Assembly: GCA_964551725.1 (NCBI GenBank)
Contig: CAZKED010000001.1
Location: 32,001 to 96,000, forward strand
From: an uncultured archaeon
GTDB lineage: Archaea; Iainarchaeota; Iainarchaeia; Iainarchaeales; DTGL01
Length of the DNA stretch: 64,000 bases
Reading direction: 5' to 3'
The translations under genes and the position numbers were made by a program. The notes below the pieces were generated by a model. The model saw nothing but the letters and a program-made list of their open reading frames with translations. It had not been told where the DNA came from and did not search any database. Below are positions 37,301-44,758 of this stretch, piece by piece; within the stretch, counting starts at the first letter, position 1; each line of letters starts with the position of its first letter.

Positions 37301-38859
37301 CAGTCGCCGTCCCTTGCGAACTTATGCATTACCTGGTATATGTCGATTGAGTCGTCGGGCAGCCAGTGGTATGCCTGCGTTTCGGGGTTTCTCACAGCGT
37401 ACTGGAAGAAGTGCAATGGCTCGAAGCGGGAAACGTATTCAGGCATGTCCATGTGGATTAAGTCCTCGTAGCCCATCAATACTTTTGACATTTTCCTGCC
37501 GTAGTCCACCCTTGCAACCTTTTCCATTTCAGAGTTGAAGCCGAACCTCCTCACTATGTCGTCATAGCTTCTTCTCGCTTCCCTTACGAATGCGTCGTTG
37601 GTTCTCGCAACTCCGCGTATGTCCCTCATCATTTTGTACATTGATTCCTGTGTTTTTTTGTCAGTAATCTGGTCAATCCAGCCCTCCTTGCCGAACCATT
37701 CCTTTTCGAACTTGCTCCTGAACGCGCGCGATTGCCCCAGATAACATGCATCCGTCCAGCCGTCGTCAAGTACTTCGGTTAACTCGTATCGCAGTCTTCC
37801 CGCTGATTCTGGGTGCTGTGCCGCCTGCCTCCACACCCTGTGAGCGCGCCATTTCCCGAGCCTCGTGTCGGGTCCGAAAAACTTCATTCTTATTTTGTCC
37901 GCGAGAGCCGACTTGCTGAAGCGCCACGGGAATCTGCCTGGTCTTCCGTACTGCAGGAAGAGCTTTTTGGCGCGGAACCAGAGCGCCGGCGCTGCCAGCG
38001 ATAGAACCATGTCCCCGGAGAACCACTTGTTGTACAGCTTGTCGAAGAGGGAATACACTGAAATTACTCCCTGCGAGGTGTTTGTCTGCGATGATGCGCT
38101 GAAGTTTTCGGCGAGAATGGAATTGGGAATCATTTTCTGGTTTAAGCGCACGTATGCTTCAATATTGGAATCGTTTAAGTCCGAGAGAACGAGGTTGTCC
38201 ATGAACTGCTGTTGCTGCTCCTCGGGAATTCCCGTTTCTTCGGCTATGCGTGCGAGGTCTTCCTCGTCCATTTCCTCAATCCTGCTCTTTCCCTCGCTCT
38301 TGAGCTTTTCTATGAGCGGTAGGCTCGTGAAGAAGTCCGCGACCTTGCCTGCTTCCTTGTTGAATGCTGTTCCGGAGTTCCTGTAGTTGAGGCTTTTTTC
38401 GGTCAGCGGGCATGTCAGGTTTTTGTCCTCCAGGTCGTTGCACCTGCCGACTCTCAGCGTGTCATCCAGGACAACGCCGAAGGAATACGCTCCATGAATG
38501 TTGTCGTTGAGGAGGTGCTGTATTTCCGCCACGTCGAATTTTTCATCCGCCACTTCCACCTTTGTCGCGTTTTCCTGGTCCAGGGGGATTACGAGCGTGG
38601 AGTTGGGAGATTCCTCCCTGTCGGGGTTCGGCACAGTACCTGAACCTATCTGGCTCCCGAGCAAGCCGTCCGCCAGAGCGTCCAGAATGCGCTGGGATTC
38701 CAGGTCGGACATTCCCTCAATGCTGCAGGTATAGTTTGCCCTTTCAACCTTTTCGGCTTCTGCGCTGTTGTCCTGCAGTGCGGCTGTGAGGGCTGACGCA
38801 TGCGTTGTGTTCAGTATGAGGAAAACCGCAATCCAGAGCAATGCATTCCTGTAATCCAT
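34342..38859 (-). CDS. 1505-aa secreted protein with a C-terminal sorting-signal-like anchor
   Basis: Signal peptide ending THASA. C-terminus is LPSLPEN, a hydrophobic helix, then RRR...RKKN. Confidence 0.82.
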   Translation of the reverse strand: MDYRNALLWIAVFLILNTTHASALTAALQDNSAEAEKVERANYTCSIEGMSDLESQRILDALADGLLGSQIGSGTVPNPDREESPNSTLVIPLDQENATKVEVADEKFDVAEIQHLLNDNIHGAYSFGVVLDDTLRVGRCNDLEDKNLTCPLTEKSLNYRNSGTAFNKEAGKVADFFTSLPLIEKLKSEGKSRIEEMDEEDLARIAEETGIPEEQQQQFMDNLVLSDLNDSNIEAYVRLNQKMIPNSILAENFSASSQTNTSQGVISVYSLFDKLYNKWFSGDMVLSLAAPALWFRAKKLFLQYGRPGRFPWRFSKSALADKIRMKFFGPDTRLGKWRAHRVWRQAAQHPESAGRLRYELTEVLDDGWTDACYLGQSRAFRSKFEKEWFGKEGWIDQITDKKTQESMYKMMRDIRGVARTNDAFVREARRSYDDIVRRFGFNSEMEKVARVDYGRKMSKVLMGYEDLIHMDMPEYVSRFEPLHFFQYAVRNPETQAYHWLPDDSIDIYQVMHKFARDGDWAGMSAFETTGRNLNLYKVSPTSPQWGEVSMPDIERHFSHYADWSVAIDSGEALPIKDWSVPKLRYTLTGTKPGHGAEMAKAMELTPEEFAKRLTHGRLQLMTAEYPVKNSERLVDTMVHRGFMGRRFTSILDMAVQRQNQLFKDYFSLKGGLKWSAYTNAYWFAKRGGGQDWASGYMLPDVWREVKWYTGEHELYNDAFIDFFANEGSDQGDLFNKMLQYLPWEFLARNVFANFKPLNDMYESFKSEEVRDRVENLAFYSNSEPDCEECGINLSAENILAFMPNFYAMRGTTSYVLEDTVSEKAKKKGSTIITFSRHMNLSGTEEGSSEEGKIDLVQEMRAGNSCRQKVQDILPGKIMNAACNLFGRECNPSSVGGWMAFGESLSYMIFGWSAVFATAFQQLYYAPQIQDCVDVDEGYYVHIFAPAEEEKQGSEAPAQLSTEKVAEMTQQGFDTLMGLFRSDENTYTSQAAEKLDETVKNFIEGSESDDLVQARIDTEQFSSGILESERLYSFWFKGETNPSAFKSSGKKVVGDPDSNRFLEINFGEGKVYYVVDENGVRKKTTLIDNNIVTALESTNLSIPAEEFPKRLTVLGLPAKKELIFKMGTDSELIATSREVLDCIRQGILDQTGLEFTSYGKESGNLTSAFGKVVNIVTTTHPTIKAWEEKQRIVAEGAPRLMVEGATARVEIYSDRNTLLSNNSTKEAGLLQSIIFENGLILYKPYTNELIIWLKRNAQAAISQEDVSGMKTHLAETVNPETECPEPAVEIEAIAVPGSDLKEEKVEQFNQSLTEMGPFQIFETPTRRFIIYSKLVGDECIDFIKIINKETGEVYEAPIESIQQTADGIHIEDAEGNDHDLKFSAENGIPTITYNTYPPETLTMAQGRNGAFWYDPETGMWYSENGQLIPLIEAFRRGSLTQVGKDGEVVSKPGDNILNVQTGPQQPGLWNLPSLPENALELLFFLSLLIGAVLLVRRRILIVRKKN

Positions 38860-38863
38860 TTTT

Positions 38864-39376
38864 TCACCCGTGATAGAGGTAGAAAATCAACCCCATTGGA
38901 ATCCAGTTGAACGCGAACAGCAACAGAAAGCTGCCTGTTAAAGTGCAGGCAAATACCGCGAGGAAGTTTTTGGCATGCGGGTTCCATTTTTTTTCCTTCA
39001 ATTTGTCCGCGAGCATCGAGCCGAGCAGTAAAAACGGGGAGAAGAGAACCGCGACGGCGAATGCAACCATGAGAATTTTGAATACTGCGTAAAACCACAA
39101 GCCCGCTGTTTCCAGGGGCGTGGCATACAGTTGTTCGGGCACTTCGCCCAAATTCCATTCCCCTGAAACAAGCGCGAGAGGGTAAACGTATGCAAGCGCG
39201 GTGAGCGCGAGGGAGAAAACGAAAAGCGAAATGAACGCTGAAGAGAACCATTTCATTTTGAATTTTTCCGCGAGCCTTTTGCGCAGGAAAGCCGCGGGAA
39301 AGACGAGAATGAAAAACGGGATGGAAAGGACCAGCGAACCCCAGAGCAGCTGCGCAAGGGAAAGTAATAAATTCAT
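38864..39376 (-). CDS. Hypothetical multi-pass membrane protein
   Basis: Four or more hydrophobic helices. Ends 4 nt before the 1505-aa gene, suggesting an operon. Confidence 0.75.
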   Translation of the reverse strand: MNLLLSLAQLLWGSLVLSIPFFILVFPAAFLRKRLAEKFKMKWFSSAFISLFVFSLALTALAYVYPLALVSGEWNLGEVPEQLYATPLETAGLWFYAVFKILMVAFAVAVLFSPFLLLGSMLADKLKEKKWNPHAKNFLAVFACTLTGSFLLLFAFNWIPMGLIFYLYHG

Positions 39377-39480
39377 GCCAGTGTTAATACTTATGAAGAA
39401 CATTCGGCTCAATTAAATGTATATATTAACACATTTAAATAACTTAAGGTATTAATTTAGGGGAAGAATTGAGTGGTTTT

Positions 39481-40167
39481 ATGGCTGAAAGAACGATAAA
39501 GGAAATGGACAGCATTTCAAGAAAGGACAAGCGCTTTTACAGGCGCAACGCCGAACTGTTCGACAAAATAAAGGAGCAGATTTTGAGAGCGGAGGGCCTG
39601 CGCGAGAGGGAGAAGAGAAAAATACTCATGCGCCTGAGATTCCAGATAGGGGAAATGCAGGAAAAAGAGGGGATTGAAATGTCCTCTGCTCTTTACGACC
39701 AGGTGAAGAAAGGCGGCACGGATGTCGGGGAACTTGCCTCGAGGGAAGCCCGCCGGAGGGGAAGAGGAAGGGCAAAAAAATTCGGCGAGAACGATTTGAA
39801 CTTTATCGCCGACAACATTTTTTCTCAGTTAAAGGACGAAGGGCTGCCCCGCAGGAGGCGGGGTAAAAGGGCTTCCGGCAGGGAAACGCGCGGGAGAAAA
39901 TACGCTTCCTGGCGGGACAGGAAGGGAATTCCGAGCGAGAAGGAAGCCGAAGTGGAAAAAATAAAGCAGGATCTCGCGGAAAAGCTTTCGGGAAGGAGAC
40001 CGCTGGAATCCCTGGAAAAGGGCGGCGAAGCGCCGTCGCTCGGGGAACTCGAAGACCTGAAGAACCTTGATGTCGAGGACATCGTGGGCGGAAAAAAGGG
40101 AAAAGCAAAAAAGAAAAAGAAGAAAGGCGAATTTGACTTGGAAGGGCTTGAAACCGATTTGGGCTGA
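39481..40167 (+). CDS. Hypothetical highly charged cytoplasmic protein
   Basis: Lys/Arg/Glu-rich and helical. Preceded by ACATTTAAATA (39431-39441) and GAGTGG. Confidence 0.7.
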   Translation: MAERTIKEMDSISRKDKRFYRRNAELFDKIKEQILRAEGLREREKRKILMRLRFQIGEMQEKEGIEMSSALYDQVKKGGTDVGELASREARRRGRGRAKKFGENDLNFIADNIFSQLKDEGLPRRRRGKRASGRETRGRKYASWRDRKGIPSEKEAEVEKIKQDLAEKLSGRRPLESLEKGGEAPSLGELEDLKNLDVEDIVGGKKGKAKKKKKKGEFDLEGLETDLG

Positions 40168-40168
40168 T

Positions 40169-40939
40169 TTAAGGTGCAGCGGAACAGTTGAGGTATTCCT
40201 CTGATGTCAATTTACTGCCGTCAGGAGCCTGGGGCAAGGGCTTTGCGGGCCAGAACAAAAGGTCAACATATGCTTGGAAGTTGTGCTGCGTGAATTCTTC
40301 CGGTCCTTCCTCTTTGAGCTTTCTGAAGTTCACCAGAACGCTCGGGGGCTTGTTTATTTCGCCGACTTTAAGGAATAGAAGGCGGTCCAGGTCGTTGTCC
40401 GTCTTGATTTCCCCGCTTTGCTTGGGAAAGCAGTAATAGGTTTTTCTTTCCCCGGAAAATTCGTGCTCGCCTGTCTGCGTGTACTCGGCTGTGTAAAGCA
40501 GCACGAAAACGAAGGCATTCTTCTCGTCGGCGGGAATCCAGTCCTCGTTGTCGAACTGCTGCGGCGGGATGTAAATGTAAAAGAAGTAATCGTATGCCTG
40601 CTTCAGGGGATCCATTACCGTGCCCACTGAATCCCTGAGCCTGTCCTGCAGTCCCCCGCTCAAAGCGGAGTCGCTCGCGTAATCCTCCTTTATCATGGCA
40701 AGGAGGTAGTCGACTTCGCTTGTGTCCTCTATATTCTCGCCTGGAACTCTCGGAACGCTGGAGTAAAGAATGGTTTGAAGCGCGGAAGCGGCGTAGTCAG
40801 CACCGTAAAGGCTTTCGAGGTTCTTGTTGACGTTTATGCCGAAAGTGCCGCTTATTGAAAACATGAATGCTGAAAGCCCTGCAACAATGAGCAATAGGAA
40901 CAATGCGTCTGTTATCGCCGCCTGCCCCCTGCAGTTCAT
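40169..40939 (-). CDS. Pilin-like protein with class III signal peptide
   Basis: MNCRG|QAAITDALFLLLIVAGLSAF. Start re-placed at ATG 40939. Confidence 0.78.
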   Translation of the reverse strand: MNCRGQAAITDALFLLLIVAGLSAFMFSISGTFGINVNKNLESLYGADYAASALQTILYSSVPRVPGENIEDTSEVDYLLAMIKEDYASDSALSGGLQDRLRDSVGTVMDPLKQAYDYFFYIYIPPQQFDNEDWIPADEKNAFVFVLLYTAEYTQTGEHEFSGERKTYYCFPKQSGEIKTDNDLDRLLFLKVGEINKPPSVLVNFRKLKEEGPEEFTQHNFQAYVDLLFWPAKPLPQAPDGSKLTSEEYLNCSAAP

Positions 40940-40986
40940 TCCCCCACTGTGCCTGAATTCTGGCACCGCTGTTCTGCGGAATGCCT

Positions 40987-41484
40987 TCAGTCCCACAGCA
41001 CCACCACCAAAAGCAGGGGTCTTATGGCAAACCCGCTTCTGACGCTTGAGTCCTGGAAAGCGAAGGGAAACTTTTTCACCATAACTTCTGTGTCGTGGCT
41101 TATTTCCCTCTCCATATTGGAGCATTCCAGGAGTTCGCCGTCTATTTCGAAAATGCCCTCGTCCTCGTTCACGAATTCCATGACGTCAAAGGTCTGCTCC
41201 AGGGGTAGTTTTACTGCCCCGACCTTGTAGTAAACGCTTATGACCTCGCTTATGCCGCCGCACAATTCGAAGAATTCGTCCGGCGTATCCATGTAGCGGT
41301 CGCCGCGCAGCCTGTCGCTTATTTCAAGGAGGCTTATCGCGTTGCTGAACTCGCGCTGCCCGCTGTCAAGTCTCTGGAAAGTTGTCGTGAATGTTGCGAA
41401 AAAAATTACAAGAGCGAAAAGTATGGGAATGAGGCTCGGCAGGTCGTCTCCTATCGGTCCAATGAATCCTTTCCTGCTTTTCAT
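40987..41484 (-). CDS. Pilin-like protein with class III signal peptide
   Basis: MKSRKG|FIGPIGDDLPSLIPILFALVIFF. Start re-placed at ATG 41484. Confidence 0.75.
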   Translation of the reverse strand: MKSRKGFIGPIGDDLPSLIPILFALVIFFATFTTTFQRLDSGQREFSNAISLLEISDRLRGDRYMDTPDEFFELCGGISEVISVYYKVGAVKLPLEQTFDVMEFVNEDEGIFEIDGELLECSNMEREISHDTEVMVKKFPFAFQDSSVRSGFAIRPLLLVVVLWD

Positions 41485-41522
41485 TCTTCCGCCTTCTCTC
41501 CTTTTTTCCCGTTTTGATTCTT

Positions 41523-42146
41523 TCAGGTTTCGGATAAAATGCAAGTGCTCGGCATGCCTCTTTCCGCTTTGACCATGTTTCCCACTGTTTGCTCGTTGTC
41601 GAGGCACGACCCCTCATAGTGGGAAGTGCACGGAATCAGGTAAAGCTTTTTTTCGCCGTGGTAGATTTCTTTTATTATTATGAGGCTGTCCATTACGGGC
41701 TCCCTTGACTGGGGGTCAAGCGTGGTTTTATCCGCATCTTCAAGGGAATTGGTCACCCTGTCAAAATCGAAAATCAAGAATTCCGCATCGGAATCGATTC
41801 TCTGGGAAGCCATCACCGGCTTTTTTTCACCGCGCGCCGGCCTCCTCGTTACTTCAACGACAAGCGTTGATTCTTCCGCGGACTCTATTTTTCGCAGGTT
41901 CATTATGTAATAAACCTGCCCTGCGTAAAGGCTTCTTATGTAGGGCTGCAGAGAGATCTCCCTTTTAATGCACAACTGGTCGCTTTCAAGCACTTCGACC
42001 ATTGTCCTGCCGTTCTTCCTCACTATCCTGCTTGCCTCGCTTCCTATTGAAATCCCGTCCAGGTTATAGGTGAAAAAAATTACTATCGCAAAAAGCGCTG
42101 TTACGAGAATGAGGAGGTTGAGCTTGCTCAGGGCAAAGCCGATCAT
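41523..42146 (-). CDS. Pilin-like / N-anchored protein lacking a cleavable leader
   Basis: MIGFALSKLNLLILVTALFAIVIFF. Its ATG overlaps the upstream TGA (TGATG). Confidence 0.68.
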   Translation of the reverse strand: MIGFALSKLNLLILVTALFAIVIFFTYNLDGISIGSEASRIVRKNGRTMVEVLESDQLCIKREISLQPYIRSLYAGQVYYIMNLRKIESAEESTLVVEVTRRPARGEKKPVMASQRIDSDAEFLIFDFDRVTNSLEDADKTTLDPQSREPVMDSLIIIKEIYHGEKKLYLIPCTSHYEGSCLDNEQTVGNMVKAERGMPSTCILSET

Positions 42147-42703
42147 CAGAGTCCCTTCCTGTAAGCGCATATCACGGGAAAAGCGTGGTTCGGCGGCGTT
42201 ACATTGAACAGTTCATAGCTGCCTGCCGGAATTCCCTCGAAGAAATCGTGCAATACGTATTTCGGGTCGTCCGCAGAGCGGTCCGTGCATTCTCCCGGGG
42301 AAGACTGCCCCTTGAAATTGGTGACCAAAGGAATGTTAACGCACACCTTTCTAGCATAGCCCTGGCTGTAGTATTCCAGCGCAACGCATGAATCCCCGCC
42401 CTCACCGCAGAGCGTCGAGCACAGGCGCTTGTCGCTGTGCGCTTTCAGCTGCACTTCCGCATCCTCAAAACAGCCCGAAGGAATGCTGAACTTGAACCTC
42501 GTGGGGAAGCCGTCCCTCGTGGTTATCTGTATGTGGGATTTCAGGTCCTGGAGCGCGCTTTCAATCTCGCCCTTGCACCTCTCCTCTTGGAACACTTCTA
42601 TTGCCTTATAGCCGACAATGAGCACGAAGCCCATTACTATTATTGCCACGAGCAGTTCAAAGGGCGCCGATTCCTGCCCTTTTCTTCCCAAAAAGCCAGC
42701 CAT
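42146..42703 (-). CDS. Cys-rich pilin-like protein with class III signal peptide
   Basis: MAGFLGRKG|QESAPFELLVAIIVMGFVLIVG. Confidence 0.8.
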   Translation of the reverse strand: MAGFLGRKGQESAPFELLVAIIVMGFVLIVGYKAIEVFQEERCKGEIESALQDLKSHIQITTRDGFPTRFKFSIPSGCFEDAEVQLKAHSDKRLCSTLCGEGGDSCVALEYYSQGYARKVCVNIPLVTNFKGQSSPGECTDRSADDPKYVLHDFFEGIPAGSYELFNVTPPNHAFPVICAYRKGL

Positions 42704-42714
42704 AAAGAAAACCG

Positions 42715-42894
42715 TTACTTCCCTATATTGCCCGCGGTCCGCGTCACTATTTCCTGCGAGCCCTGGAACATCGGCTTGATGAAGGCAATGAGCACCAGTG
42801 CGACAATCACGAGCACCAAGAGGAAATAAACCGAGGACCACTCCCCTTGCGCTTTCTCTTCACGAAAAAATCCAACCGCGCCGAGCATAGGCAT
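42715..42894 (-). CDS. 59-aa Flp-sized pilin-like protein (not in the ORF track)
   Basis: Manual translation gives MPMLGAVGFFREEKA|QGEWSSVYFLLVLVIVALVLIAFIKPMFQGSQEIVTRTAGNIGK*. Confidence 0.78.
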   Translation of the reverse strand: MPMLGAVGFFREEKAQGEWSSVYFLLVLVIVALVLIAFIKPMFQGSQEIVTRTAGNIGK

Positions 42895-42918
42895 CCATTA
42901 AAAGAAAGGGAAAAGGAA

Positions 42919-42930
42919 TATTTAAATGTT
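42919..42930 (-). promoter_or_regulatory. TATA box for the downstream pilin-like genes
   Basis: AACATTTAAATA lies ~25 nt before the ATG at 42894. The same core occurs at 39431-39441 (+) and 60513-60524 (+). Confidence 0.6.
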
Positions 42931-42939
42931 ACTCGCCCG

Positions 42940-43494
42940 TCATTTTGAGTATCTCAACGCGACAAGGCAGCATGTTGCCTCGTCCTCGGTGCAGGGGCAG
43001 CCCTCAATCCATTCCGCCTTGAGGCCCTCGTTGCTGTAGTCCTCTATCGCCTGTTCCAGGAGAGTGCCTGAATCGCATAGAACGGAAAGGGTTGCCTCCC
43101 TTTTTCCCGTTACGTCGAGCGCGATTTTTTCAGGCGAACCGTTTTCCTGCCCCTCCGCGAAATCGCCGCTGTCGGCGAAATCACCCAGGCTGAGGCAGAC
43201 TTTGTCGTTTGCCACTCCCCATTGCGCAATCGAAATCACTTCCTTGGAAAGCATTGTGCTTTTTTTTGAGCTGTCGAATGTTACCTTGCTCGACCTTTCG
43301 TAGCCACCCCTGTCGCTCAGCTTTTGCACGAGCTCGCCCGCTTTCTGGGCGGGTTCGTCCTTGGGGAAAAAATCCCACCATGGACCATAGATCAAGGTTA
43401 AAAGTATTCCCAGGATTGCAAGTGCAACTATTGCCGAAATCAAAAGCTTGAAAACGGAAAAGGACTGTCCTTTTTCATTGCGGAAAAAATTCAT
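42940..43494 (-). CDS. Putative major pilin, paralog 2
   Basis: MNFFRNEKG|QSFSVFKLLISAIVALAILGILL, a GAGGTGA ribosome-binding site and C-terminal CCLVALR. Confidence 0.82.
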   Translation of the reverse strand: MNFFRNEKGQSFSVFKLLISAIVALAILGILLTLIYGPWWDFFPKDEPAQKAGELVQKLSDRGGYERSSKVTFDSSKKSTMLSKEVISIAQWGVANDKVCLSLGDFADSGDFAEGQENGSPEKIALDVTGKREATLSVLCDSGTLLEQAIEDYSNEGLKAEWIEGCPCTEDEATCCLVALRYSK

Positions 43495-43633
43495 CAGTTT
43501 CACCTCAGCATAAAAAGCAAAAACGCAAAAGCGTTTGCCAGAAGAATAGAAGGATTTCTCCTATTTAATGGTTTCTATGGGGGGTTTCGGCTGAAAAAAA
43601 ACAGGCGGAATAAAAAGGGGAAAAAGGAAGCTT

Positions 43634-44182
43634 TCAGCGCTTCCTTAACGCTATGAGGCAGCACATTTCGTCCCTGCCCTCAAAATCGCAGTCGTCCGTC
43701 CACTCTTCCTCGAGCCCTTCGTATTCTCCTATTTCCTCTATGTCCGCTTCTATGAGGTCGCCCGCGTTGCAGAGCACCGAAAGTTCGACGTCCCTGCTGC
43801 CGCCCCTGTTGAAGGCTATGAGCTGCGGAGAACCGTTCTCTTGTCCTGCTTCAAAGTCGTCTGTTTCTGAGAAATCGCCCAGGCTGAGGCATATCTGGTC
43901 GGGTGCCATTCCAACTTCCGCGGCAGCGATTATTTCACTGCTCCTCATTGTCTTTTTGTCAGCGCCAAATGTTACCACGTCTGACTTTTCATAGCCGCCC
44001 CTGTCTCTCAGTTCTCCTACAAGCTCTGCCGCCTGCTCTGTCGGGTCTGCTTCCGTTCCAATCTGACCTATCGAGTTGATTACTGTCATCAGTATTCCGA
44101 GGATTGCCATTGCAATAATCGCCGCAATGAGAAGCTTGAATGCTGAAAACGCCTGACCTCTTTCGTTTCGCAAAAAAACCAT
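43634..44182 (-). CDS. Putative major pilin, paralog 1
   Basis: MVFLRNERG|QAFSAFKLLIAAIIAMAILGILM. Shares DRGGYE.S, CLSLGDF, GQENGSP, LSVLC and CCL.ALR with paralog 2. Confidence 0.82.
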   Translation of the reverse strand: MVFLRNERGQAFSAFKLLIAAIIAMAILGILMTVINSIGQIGTEADPTEQAAELVGELRDRGGYEKSDVVTFGADKKTMRSSEIIAAAEVGMAPDQICLSLGDFSETDDFEAGQENGSPQLIAFNRGGSRDVELSVLCNAGDLIEADIEEIGEYEGLEEEWTDDCDFEGRDEMCCLIALRKR

Positions 44183-44305
44183 CCACATTCACCTCTGAAT
44201 TCAGCGCATAAGCACAGCGCAAAACGTTTTGCCAGGAAGAATAAGGAAATTCACCTATTTAATTGTTTCTTTTTTGCGCGGCGCTTCCTGGGCGCTTCCG
44301 ATTCG

Positions 44306-44758
44306 CTATATGCGGGGTTTTTTGCCGAAGGAAACATAGCATTCCGTGTTGCATTCGCTTCCCGAAGGCTGCTTGATGCACTGGTAGTAAACGTCAATCT
44401 GCATTCTCTGCCTCAATTCAATGCCCGCGCCGTCGCCCTTTATTTCCGCGTTCGCCATTTCCGTTGCCTGGAATTCAACGCACTCGCTGTCGAAATGGAA
44501 CTGCCTCTCAAGGTCCAGGGCATAGTAGGACCCCTCCTTGAACATGAGGTTTTTCCTTTCCACTAATCCCTCGGAGCCGTCTTCCGAGGGCGCGCTCAGC
44601 GCATATTTGAAGCCCTCGTAGTAGCGCTCCATGCTTATAACGTACTGCATTTCGCTGAAGTACGTTATCGCGCCGAGGATTATGACGAAAATCATTGCCG
44701 CCATTATTACCGCCACCAGCAACCTGAAAGGAAGGAACTGCCCTTTTTCCCCGGGCAA
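44306..44758 (-). CDS. Pilin-like protein with class III signal peptide
   Basis: MPGEKG|QFLPFRLLVAVIMAAMIFVIILGAI. TTG start abuts the stop codon of the platform gene. Confidence 0.78.
   Translation of the reverse strand: MPGEKGQFLPFRLLVAVIMAAMIFVIILGAITYFSEMQYVISMERYYEGFKYALSAPSEDGSEGLVERKNLMFKEGSYYALDLERQFHFDSECVEFQATEMANAEIKGDGAGIELRQRMQIDVYYQCIKQPSGSECNTECYVSFGKKPRI

Noticed and set aside
39413-39438. TTAAATGT-N10-ACATTTAA inverted repeat as a novel operator
   Set aside because: More simply explained by TATA-like elements of the two divergent genes in AT-rich DNA.
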